64,000 nt of DNA from Macrostomum hystrix. Its lineage: Eukaryota > Animalia > Platyhelminthes. Made by a program: the position numbers and the translations under genes. Positions 11,338-21,819 of the stretch are shown here, piece by piece; within the stretch, counting starts at the first letter, position 1; every line of letters begins with the position of its first letter. The stretch covers positions 1,538,099-1,602,098 of the forward strand of contig CATNEN010000035.1 of assembly GCA_950097015.1 (NCBI GenBank). The letters are read 5' to 3'. The notes under the pieces were generated by a model, which was not told the DNA's origin, made no database searches, and saw nothing but the letters and a program-made list of their open reading frames with translations.

Positions 11338-12276
11338 ATGAAACTCTTGAGTATTTGTTTGGCCATCTGCTTGGTCACAACTTTTACAGGTACGCACAGT
11401 TCCCTGTCTGTCAGATCCCAGTTCCCTGTCTGTCAGATCCCAGTTCCCTGTCTGTCAGATCCCAGTTCCCTGTCTGTCAGATCACAGTTCCCTGTCTGTC
11501 AGATCCCAGTTCCCTGTCTGTCAGATCCCAGTTCCCTGTCTGTCAGATCCCAGTTCCCTGTCTGTCAGATCCCAGTTCCCTGTCTGTCAGATCCCAGTTC
11601 CCTGTCTGTCAGATCCCAGTTCCCTGTCTGTCAGATCCCAACTGTCTGACAGATCCCAACTGTCTGACAGATCCTAAGTGCCTGACAGATCCCAACTGTC
11701 TGACAGATCCCAACTGTCTGACAGATCTCAACTGTCTGACAGATCCCTGATCCCTGTCTGACGCATTCCATGAAACATGTTAGCTACCGTCAAATGTGTA
11801 TTGCAGAGGGTTGCCCAACTCTGTACATGGCTGCTAACTACAGCAGTGGGATCTTGTCCTCGGACGCTAGATTCCCCAGCTACTGCAGCTTCACCTACAG
11901 CAACAACCTGAACTGCCACTACGAACTGGTTGCTGGGCGCAGCAACCAGGGCAGGGGTGTGGCCCTCCAGGTTGACTATTTCTCCACCGAGGTGAACTAC
12001 GATCGGGTCTACGTTGACTACACGAACAACCAGGGCCACAATGTGTCTGGCTATTTGACTGGCTTCATTGGCAGGTACAGTACTGTACTACCAGCTCTGG
12101 CTGGGACTCCAATCAGGCTTCGTTGGCTCACTGATGGCTCCGTTAGCAGCTACGGCTTCCAGCTGAGGTACCAGGTGGTCCCCAGACCACGCCGCTTCAG
12201 GCTGGGTGGCTCCGTCGAGGTTAACGACTCCGGCGTACACGGATCAATCAGTGTTGAGCCAGAGAAGAGGAAGTGA
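11338..12276 (+). CDS. Secreted single-CUB-domain protein, paralog 3 (exons 11338-11389 and 11807-12276)
   Basis: Signal MKLLSICLAICLVTTFT, phase-1 GT..TTGCAG intron, intact exon EGCPTLY..FSTEVNYDR..LRWLTDGSVSSYGF..RRFRLGGSVEVNDSGVHGSISVEPEKRK*. Confidence 0.9.
11397..11750. repeat. Compound minisatellite in the CUB3 intron: 22-bp (CAGTTCCCTGTCTGTCAGATCC)n then 18-bp (CAACTGTCTGACAGATCC)n
   Basis: Directly visible, and begins 7 nt after the donor. Confidence 0.93.
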
Positions 12277-12968
12277 TAGGTCACGAACAATGGCTTTGAA
12301 AGTTATAAATAAATCATAGACTTATATTAAACTTTGCAACAATGGCACACAACTTGTACAAAAATAGCCTAAGTTCTTCAGTGTCTTTTTCTAATTTATT
12401 GCTCGTTATCGTAAAAACTCGTAAATCGTTAAAAAGCTAGTCTATTTTAATCGTTACTTCAAATTCGCTACACGTTCAACTGGCTGCTTAAAGAACTTGC
12501 TACTTAGAGAACTCGTTCGCTAGATTTCGTTACTTGAAAAACTCGCTCAAGAAAGAACTTGTTACAAAAAGAAGCGCGTTGCATGACGAACTCGATAAAC
12601 AAAGAACCTCTTTACATAAATAAATTGTTTCTTAAACAAACAAATCGTTACTAGAAGGACAAGAATAAAGAAAACTGAAACTCACAAAGTTTGTGTGGCT
12701 AAAGAAAAGAAAACTGAAAATATGAGTTATAGGTCAACTGTTGGAACTAGACGTTTGAAAATAGCGGGACCTGTACCGCCATCTGTTTCCAGCTCTCTAG
12801 GGATTCGGTAATTACTGGAGAAATACCAGGCAGCTTGGAAATTGTGTGCCAGTTGACTAAAATTGAAACTCAGAAGTGAAAGTGTGGGAAAAATCTGTTG
12901 GGAAATAGACGAGTTACGAGTCCGACGAATATTATTCGTATTTTATTCGCTCTGGTTTACGCTCAAGC

Positions 12969-13403
12969 TGACGTGACGCTTCATTCGGTGTCGGGGCGCC
13001 TGCAACAGAGGAGCCCGCTGAATTTCCTCTGACCCTAATGGAAGTTTATTCCTCAACCTAAAGAAAGACCATTGGAGGGAGGAGGTGGGCGCCAGTCCGC
13101 TCTGCACCTGCTCCCCCTGCCCCTCCTCACCCTCCTGGTGCTGTCGCTTCACACACCGCTTCTGTGCGGCCAGAGTTGAGTAGTAAAACGATCTTGAGCT
13201 CAGTTACTTTCGCATCTCGATTTCCTCACTACTTGACTTCAAAGCCCCCCCTCCCAAAAATATTACCAACGTTTTTTGCTTTCGCAGTGGCAGGCAGAGG
13301 AGCTCAGTCAAGGACTGGTCGGGTGACTCGGAACTTGTTGGGGAGTTGCGGGGGTAGTTGCCAGCCGCTGTCGCTGACGTCTCCTATTGCTACGTGGACC
13401 AAT
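12969..13403. promoter_or_regulatory. Candidate ER-stress elements upstream of calumenin: TGACGTGA (12969-12976), TGACGT (13375-13380) and ERSE-II CGTGG-A-CCAAT (13393-13403)
   Basis: Exact match to the reverse complement of ERSE-II (ATTGG-N-CCACG) and to UPRE TGACGTG(G/A), about 240 and 670 bp upstream of an HDEL-protein ATG. Confidence 0.55.
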
Positions 13404-13639
13404 CGACCCAGAGTTCGACCAGAGCGCACTCAGCATTGCACAATGAGCTAGAGCTGTTGAGACTGACTGCATTGTTAGAATAGAGCCGAGGAGGAAGGGG
13501 TTGGGATCGGTGGTTGCTTTTAAAAAGGCAGCCGTGTTTCGAAGTTTCGGACACCTCACTACAAAAACATTCTTGGTCAGTATTCTCCTGCTTTTCTTAG
13601 TTCATTTTTGAAAGACAGCGCAACGCAGATCTGGTAGCA

Positions 13640-16226
13640 ATGTTCAGCAAGGCTCCTGTATTGTTCATCCTGGTGCTGCTGACTGTCACAGCTCTGTTGG
13701 CGGGCGCCGAGGGCGACAAGGGAGACAAGGGCGGCAAGGAGCACCACAAGGACCCCAGAGTCTACGACGCAAAGCCGTCGGACGCCGAGCATGAAGACGA
13801 TGACGACGATGATAGTGACAGCGGAAGAGACCATCACGACGATGACAAACATCACGAAGATGGTGAAGATGATGCCGACCATCATGACCCGAAATATGAT
13901 CACGAGTCTTTTCTAGGTGAGTCAATTTCTACTCTGCAGCTGTAAAAATTCTAAAGAGAGACTGCCTGTCCTGTGCTAATAGGTTGTGGTCTGTTCAGTA
14001 GGTTGTGGTCTGTTCAGTAGGTTGTGGTCTGTTCAGTAGGTTGTGGTCTGTTCAGTAGGTTGTGGTCTGTTCAGTAGGTTGTGGTCTGTTCAGTAGGTTG
14101 TGGTCTGTTCAGTAGGTTGTGGTCTGTTCAGTAGGTTGTGGTCTGTTCAGCAGGTTGGGTTCCTGTAGAGCTCGTTTTCGTAGACTTAGATTTTGGCTAG
14201 GTCAGCCGTCAAATTTGTATTGATGATAGAATGGTGATGCTCGCTGGTGACCTGTGACAGGACGCGAGGAGTCGCACAAGTTCGACGAGATGTCCCCGGA
14301 GGAGTCCAAGGAGAAGCTGGCCGCCCTCGTCGCCAAGATCGACACCAACAATGACACGAAGGTGACACCCGAGGAGCTGCAGTCCTGGCTGGCTCTAGTA
14401 GCTAAGGGCGAGAGGACCCGCGCCTCCGAGAGCCGCTTCCACAACCTGAAGGCCACAGTCAACGCCAAGGATCTGGACGCTCCACTGACGCTGTGAGTCA
14501 GCTTGTTGTCTTTCCTTGTGTAAATATGGTAGCATGTTGACTAGTGCGTTTGTCTGCTAAAAGCTTTCAAAGTGAAATTCAATTTGTACACAAGCTCACA
14601 GCTCACGCATTTACTGCGCTTAACAATCGAAAGAACACGGTGGTATTTCAAATACTCATTGCCTTCTTCACGCTCAAAAACCGAATGACCCATTTTCGTG
14701 AAAGTCCACCATATGGACCAAAATTTCCCGCCCTTTTCGATACCATATGAATCCATTTTGGGTTCAATAATCTGAGTCCATCTGTCGAAAGAACTTCGAG
14801 AAATGCTTCACTGAAGGCTGAGATGATTCAGATAGATGTGGTCTCAGGTGCAGCGCCTGATTGTCGTAAAGGGGTATACTGAATGCTCAAGAACATAAGT
14901 CAGAATCGTCCAAGATCTCAACGTGCAGGAGGGGCGGCGACTTGATTATTGTTTCAGAAGGTGCGCTAAAAGGTAAATTAGCAATCGAACCACCCTCCAA
15001 ACACCCGCGCAGTGAAGAGTACAAGCAGGCTATTCACCACGAGATCATCGGCGACGAGCCCACTGACAAGAGCGCCCAGGAGACCTACAACACACAGATG
15101 GTGCGCGACCAGGCCCGGTGGCTGAAGGCCGACGCCGACGGTGACAAGCAGCTCAACAAGACCGAGTTCGCCGACTTCCTTCACCCCGAGGAGGCGCCCA
15201 GCATGAAGGACATTGTCATCCAGGAGACCATGATGAACACAGACAAGAACAAGGACGGCAAGATCGACCTGAACGAGTTCATGAAGGACCTGCATCCGGA
15301 GTATGAAAACGACGTCAAGAACAAGAAAAAGCTGCCCGACTGGGTCGAGGCCGAGGAGAAGCAGTTCAAGGTGCGGCATTGAACTTTCTCCAACCTTTCT
15401 ATTGGAGGGAGAACTTTCTCCCCCACAGAACTCAATGCATTAAATGCGTTTCTATTGCTGCCATTGCTTTAGGAAAAGCTGGACATTAACAAGGATGGCT
15501 CGCTTGACCCCAACGAGGTTTACAAGTGGATCGTGCCGGAGGACTTTGACCACTCGCAACGGGTTAGTCAGTTGTTCTACCCAATTCCTGTTCTAACCCA
15601 ACACCTATCTACCCCAACACCTGTTCTACCCAATTCCTGTTCTACCCTATCACCTGTTCTACCCCAACACCTGATCTACCCCAACCTCTGCTCTACTCCA
15701 ACCTCTGCTCTACCCCAACTTCTGCTCTGCCCCAACTTCTGCTCTATCCCAACCTCTGTTCTACTCCAACCTCTGTTCTATCCCAACCTCTGTTCTACCC
15801 CAACCTCTGTTCTATCACAACCTCTGTTCTACTCCAACCTCTGTTCTATCCCAACCTCTGTCCTATCACAACCTCTGTTCTATCCCAACCTCTGTTCTAT
15901 CCCAACCTCTGTTCTATCACAACCTCTGTTCTATCCCAACTTCTGCTGTACCCTAACCCGTGTTCTACCCCAAGCATTTCTACCTCAACATATGTTCTAC
16001 CCCAACCGTTCTTCCCTAACGCCAAGTTTTTAAGCACGATTCAAATGAAAAACCGTGAGTAAATAATTCAAAAAAAAAATTCCAGGAAACCAAACACCTG
16101 TTCAAGTTGGCCGACGAAAACAAGGACAACGCGCTGACCAAGGACGAAATCCTGAAGAAATGGGAGACCTTTGTTGGTCATCAGGCCACTAACTATGGCA
16201 ACTTCGGCTCTCACGATGAACTCTAA
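13640..16226 (+). CDS. CALU: Calumenin/reticulocalbin (CREC family) ER-lumen EF-hand protein; exons 13640-13916, 14261-14492, 15013-15370, 15473-15562 and 16086-16226
   Basis: Signal peptide, YDHESFLG motif, EF-hands DTNNDTKVTPEE, DADGDKQLNKTE (followed by FLHPEE), DKNKDGKIDLNE, DINKDGSLDPNE and DENKDNALTKDE, then ATNYG..HDEL*. All intron phases are consistent. Confidence 0.93.
13979..14157. repeat. 19-bp minisatellite (AGGTTGTGGTCTGTTCAGT)n in calumenin intron 1
   Basis: About 9 near-perfect units. Confidence 0.95.
15570..16010 (+). repeat. Degenerate 17-bp minisatellite (CCAACCTCTGTTCTATC)n in calumenin intron 4
   Basis: Directly visible. It is the reverse complement of the array at 16689-17463. 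Confidence 0.9.
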
Positions 16227-16688
16227 TGAAACTTTTCAATTAGCTTAGCAACTTCTAACCAAAACGACAAGAACTTGAATGGGGGCACTACGTCTGCCTG
16301 CATTTTCACAACCCATATTACTACTGTTAGTAGAGCTATACAAATACGAACACTTTAATCATCTAGCGGAGGTGTTACCTCATTCCTTGTCAGTAGTATA
16401 ACTTATTTGCAACTTGCATGTTTTTTTAGTTAGTAGAACAATTGGTAGCCCGGATTTTAACAATTCCTTCAATCGGAACTATAGTTCCGGAAATAAAAAC
16501 TATATATTTATCAGTTAAAACAACAATTATTTGAAATATCATAATTTTTCGCACGCAACTATAACAAAATATCACAACGCGAAAATGTTTATTGCAGAAG
16601 TCTTTGATTGACAAAATACAGGAAAATGAACTCCAATTCCAATTAATACGAAAGTAAAACAAAACTAAATTGTTTCAGTTTCAGTTTC

Positions 16689-17463
16689 AGGTTGGGATAT
16701 AACAGAGGTTGGGATAGAACAGAGGTTGGGATAGAACAGAGGTTGGGATAGAACAGAGGTTGGGATAAAACAGAGGTTGGGATAGAACAGAGGTTGGGAT
16801 AGAACAGAGGTTGGGATAGAACAGAGGTTGGGATAGAACAGAGGTTCGGATAGAACAGAGGTTCGGATAGAACAGAGGTTGGGATACAACAGAGGTTGGG
16901 ATAAAACAGAGGTTGGGATAGAACAGAGGTTGGGATAGAACAGAGGTTGGGATAAAACAGATGTTGGGATAAAACAGAGGTTGGGATAGAACAGAGGTTG
17001 GGATAGAACAGAGGTTGGGATAGAACAGAGGTTGGGATAGAACAGAGGTTGTGATAGAACAGAGGTTCGGATAGAACAGAGGTTGTGATAGAACAGAGGT
17101 TGTGATAGAACAGAGGTTCGGATAGAACAGAGGTTCGGATAGAACAGAGGTTGTGATAGAACAGAGGTTGTGATAGAACAGAGGTTGGGATAGAACAGAG
17201 GTTGTGATAGAACAGAGGTTGGGATAGAACAGAGGTTGTGATAGAACAGAGGTTGTGATAGAACAGAGGTTGGGATAGAACAGAGGTTGTGATAGAACAG
17301 AGGTTGTGATAGAACAGAGGTTGGGATAGAACAGAGGTTGGGATTAAACAGAGGTTGGGATAGAACAGAGGTTGTGATAGAACAGAGGTTGTGATAGAAC
17401 AGAGGTTGGGATAGAACAGAGGTTGTGATAGAACAGAGGTTGGGATAGAACAGAGGTTGGGAT
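16689..17463 (-). repeat. 17-bp minisatellite (GATAGAACAGAGGTTGG)n downstream of calumenin
   Basis: About 45 units with GGG/GTG/CGG variants. Confidence 0.95.
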
Positions 17464-17782
17464 ATGGTAGCTTATTAGCTATCTTTATTATTTATGTTTT
17501 ATTCTGACGTAATTGCGGCTCCAAAAGCCTTACAACTTTGTACTTTCTGGAAACTCGGGATTTTCGCACTATATTTACATTTGGTATTGATCGCATTTGC
17601 TGCCCACCACCTGTACGATATTATTGGGATATTTAGGAGTCATGTCAATCAAGTAAAAGGAATGCTAAACTGACAGCTTGGGAGGTTTATCGATTTTGTT
17701 CTACTTTTAATTGCATTTTGAATAATTTATAGGGCTCAGTTGCAGATGTCTTGTTCACGAAAAATGCATAGATATTAGGTGA

Positions 17783-18494
17783 CCTCAAAGGAGACACCTC
17801 ATCTGTAGGGTAGATAATGGCGTTGGCAGTGACATCAAAGGAGACACCTCATCTGTAGGGTAGATAATGGCGTTGGAAGTGACATCAAAGGAGACACCTC
17901 ATCTGTAGGGTGGATAATGGCGTTGGCAGTGACAACAAAGGAGACACCTCATCTGTAGGGTGGATAATGGCGTTGGCGGTGACATCAAAGGAGACACCTC
18001 ATCTGTAGGGTAGATAATAGCGTTGGCGGTGACATCAAAGGAGACACCTCATCTGTAGGGTAGATAATGGCGTTGGCGGTGACATCAAAGGAGACACCTC
18101 ATCTGTAGGGTAGATAATAGCGTTGGCGGTGACATCAAAGGAGACACCTCATCTGTAGGGTAGATAATAGCGTTGGCGGTGACATCAAAGGAGACACCTC
18201 ATCTGTAGGGTAGATAATAGCGTTGGCGGTGACATCAAAGGAGACACCTCATCTGTAGGGTAGATAATAGCGTTGGCGGTGACATCAAAGGAGACACCTC
18301 ATCTGTAGGGTAGATAATAGCGTTGGCGGTGACATCAAAGGAGACACCTCATCTGTAGGGTAGATAATAGCGTTGGCGGTGACATCAAAGGAGACACCTC
18401 ATCTGTAGGGTAGATAATAGCGTTGGCGGTGACATCAAAGGAGACACCTCATCTGTAGGGTAGATATTTGCGTTGGCGGTGACATCAAACGAGA
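17783..18494. repeat. 50-bp tandem repeat, about 14 copies
   Basis: Unit GACATCAAAGGAGACACCTCATCTGTAGGGTAGATAATAGCGTTGGCGGT, head-to-tail with no spacers. Confidence 0.96.
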
Positions 18495-19143
18495 AATAAT
18501 ATTTACTGAGCAGATATTAAGCGACGAAGCATAGCGGTCAAAGAATGGACTAAATTACAGTATTTAATTGTAATAATAATGACGGATGACAGTATGGTAT
18601 CCAACCATTATTCTTAAACTGTCTTTTCCTTGGATTCAACCCATAGCAATTGAGCATATCTTTAGCTCGCATGTTCAGCATTTCGCAGTGCGGGTGGCGC
18701 CACTTCTGTACAATGTACCCGCCCTGCAATTGAGGAATTGATTTCGTAGAAATGCTAGGGTGGTTTGGGCCATGTACAGAGTCTGGAAATGCGACAGAGG
18801 AGGAATTGGCGGAATCTGTGGATGTATGAAGCGCGTGACCTTTTCCAAGGTAGGACAGGTAGGAGCCGTACAGGTAGGTTGTTGTTGGAGAGGCTGGGAG
18901 ACAAAAAAGTGGTTGCTGTCCCACTGCTTCGAACAAAATGTCTATGTGCTTAACTGCGCACAACCCCCCGCTGGCCTTACGCGTGCAACATTTTCTGTCT
19001 TGACTTTAGGGCAGCTGCCTCCATGTTTTGGGTTTTATGCTTGCTGCACAATCTAGCATTTCAATATAACGCTGGCAAGAGCCAGCGTTGTGCCGAGGTT
19101 ACGATTAGAACTTTTGCCTTTGAAATAAGAAAGACACTTTGAT

Positions 19144-21772
19144 ATGGACCAGCAACAGCAGCAGCAGCAGCTGGCAGACACTCTCACCGTGGTTTCACTG
19201 CGACGTTACACAAGCGACAAGAACTGGGGCTTCGCACTGCAGGGTGGCTCAGACCAGGGACTGCCTGCGTTTGTTCACAAGGTCTCAATCACCTTGAACC
19301 AACCCCCTCAGCAAACCACTCAGCCAACAAACCAACCAGGGTACCGATACCCACCAACCAACCAACCAACCAACCAACCAACCAACCAACTAACCAACCA
19401 GGGTACCGATACCCACCAACCAACCAACCAACCAACCAACCAACTAACCAACTAACCAACCAACAAACCAACAAACCAACCAACCAACCAACTAACCAAC
19501 CAGGGTACCGATACCCACCAACCAACAAACCAACAAACCAACCAACCAACCAACCAACCAGGGTACCGATACCAACAAACCAACAAACCAACAAACCAAC
19601 CAACCAACCAACCAACCAACTAACCAACCACCCAACTAACCAACTAACCAACGAACCATCACCCTCAGCCAACACACCAACACACCTGCCGTACTTCAGA
19701 TCACACGCAACAGCATAGCGCACAAGGCGGGCCTCGAGCCAGGCGATGTGATTGTGAAGATCTGCCAGACCCACTGCGCCGGTTTCGTTCACTCGCAAAT
19801 CAAAGCCGAAGTGCTCAGGGCCGGCAATGAGTTGGATTTTACAGTCAAGAAGTAAGTCCGTCACAGCGTTTCCACTTCGGGTATCGAGACGGGTGTCTTT
19901 TGTGTATCGAGTCAGGTGTCTTTTGTGTTTCGAGACGGGTGTCTATTGTGTATCGAGACGGGTGTCTTTTGTGTATCGAGACAGGTGTCTTCTGTGTATC
20001 GAGACAGGTGTCTTTTGAGTATCGAGACAGGTGTCTTTTGTGTATCGAGTGTGTTCACCTTAGATTTACTGTTAGAGTGTGTTCCTCAAAACCACCAAAG
20101 CCACTTCACATTGTTTCGTCACAGGCGGGCGTTCAATGTAGCCGCCTTCGCTGCCACAGCTCCGGGTAGGCAGGCCTCGGCTCTGTTGCCCGTAGCAACC
20201 GCCCAGCCAGTCTACCGTAACGGCGGCGCTAACGCCTACAGGAATGTCAAACCGAAGACTTACCAGATTCTCGAGAGTCAGCTGCCGCAGTCTGAGTCCG
20301 GCGGTAAGTTGGCGCCTAGCAGGTTTCTAGGAAATGTACCTAGTAACTACCTGCTTCAGATTATCCGACCTGCAAGCACACTGATCTAAGCTCCAAGCAC
20401 ACTGATCCAAGCTCCAAGCACACTGATCCAAGCTCCAAGCACACTGATCTAAGCTCCAAGCACCCTGATCTAAGCTACAAGCACACTGATCCAAGCTCCA
20501 AGTACACTGATCTAAGCTCCAAGCACACTGATCTAAGCTCCAAGCACACTGATCCAAGCTCCAAGCACACTGATCCAAGCTCCAAGCACACTGATCTAAG
20601 CTCCAAGCACACTGATCCAAGCTCCAAGCACACTGATCTAAGCTCCAAGCACACTGATCCAAGCTCCAAGCACACTGATCTAAGCTCCAAGCACACTGAT
20701 CCAAGCTCCAAGCACACTGATCCAAGCTCCAAGCACACTGATCCAAGCTCCAAGCACACTGATCTAAGCTCCAAGCACACTGATCCAAGCTCCAAGCACA
20801 CTGATCTAAGCTCCAAGCACACTGATCTAAGCTCCAAGCACACTGATCCAAGCTCCAAGCACACTGATCCAAGCTCCAAGCACACTGATCTAAGCTCCAA
20901 GCACACTGATCCAAGCTCCAAGCACACTGATCTAAGCTCCAAGCACACTGATCCAAGCTCCAAGCACACTGATCCAAGCTCCAAGCACACTGATCCAAGC
21001 TCCAAGCACACTGATCTAAGCTCCAAGCACACTGATCTAAGCTCCAAGCACACTGATCTAAGCTCCAAGCACACTGATCCAAGCTCCAAGCACACTGATC
21101 CAAGCTCCAAGCACACTGATCTAAGCTCCAAGCACACTTATCTAAGCTCCAAGCACACTGATCCAAGCTCCAAGCACACTGATCCAAGCTCCAAGCACAC
21201 TGATCTAAGCTCCAAGCACACTGATCTAAGCTCCAAGCACACTGATCCAAGCTCCAAGCACACTGATCTAAGCTCCAAGCACACTGATCTAAGCTCCAAG
21301 CACACTGATCCAAGCTCCAAGCACACTGATCTAAGCTCCAAGCACACTGATCTAAGCTCCAAGCACACTGATCTAAGCTCCAAGCACACTGATCCAAGCT
21401 CCAAGCACACTGATCTAAGCTCCAAGCACACTGATCTAAGCTCCAAGCACACTGATCTAAGCTCCAAGCACACTGATCCAAGCTCCAAGCACACTGATCT
21501 AAGCTCCAAGCACACTGATCTAAGCTCCAAGCACACTGATCTAAGCTCCAAGCACACTGATCCAAGCTCCAAGCACTCATTATTCTAAATTTAAATTAAT
21601 TGCACTTTTACTATTAAAAGAAAGACTAACTCAAAAGTACATTTTCAGGCGCTCTGCCAGCCTCATACAGAGACAGGCCGATGGAGGAGCATTCGTCTTA
21701 CATCAAGGCTCAGGGCCCCACCATACAGAAGGCTTTTGGGGAGTCCTGATGGATCCTGCTCATTATTGCTAA
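19144..21772 (+). CDS. Small N-terminal-PDZ protein (ALP/Enigma/Zasp-like PDZ, no LIM seen); exons 19144-19281, 19700-19851, 20125-20303 and 21649-21772 (or 21749 if a T at 21698-21700 is an artefact)
   Basis: [18 protein letters not shown]|[34 protein letters not shown] is a canonical PDZ split by GT-AG introns. [12 protein letters not shown] resembles the ALP-type motif. Intron phases are consistent. Confidence 0.82.
19295..19680. repeat. (CCAA)n-rich repeat with interspersed CAGGGTACCGATACC in PDZ intron 1
   Basis: Directly visible. Confidence 0.9.
19878..20052. repeat. 23-bp minisatellite (GTGTCTTTTGTGTATCGAGACAG)n in PDZ intron 2
   Basis: About 7 units. Confidence 0.9.
20373..21575. 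repeat. 21-bp minisatellite (AAGCTCCAAGCACACTGATCY)n in PDZ intron 3
   Basis: About 57 units. It explains the SLDQCAW ORF. Confidence 0.97.
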
Positions 21773-21819
21773 TTTAAAGGTTTGCTCAGTTTATCAGCGA
21801 ACATATAGTGTTTATAAGC

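Noticed and set aside
17783-18494. CRISPR-like regular array (also 61092-62367 and 63445-64000)
   Set aside because: The units are contiguous with no unique spacers, no cas genes are present, and the context is eukaryotic.
18550-18963. 137-aa minus-strand ORF with an in-frame phase-1 acceptor at 18783, a possible last exon of the FAMeT gene
   Set aside because: No recognisable homology or codon signal, and phase compatibility has a one-in-three chance. Left unresolved pending cDNA.
20327-21580. Long repetitive ORFs ([45 protein letters not shown] etc.) as repeat proteins
   Set aside because: They are stop-free translations of minisatellites, often open in several frames, and lie in introns or gaps of well-supported genes.
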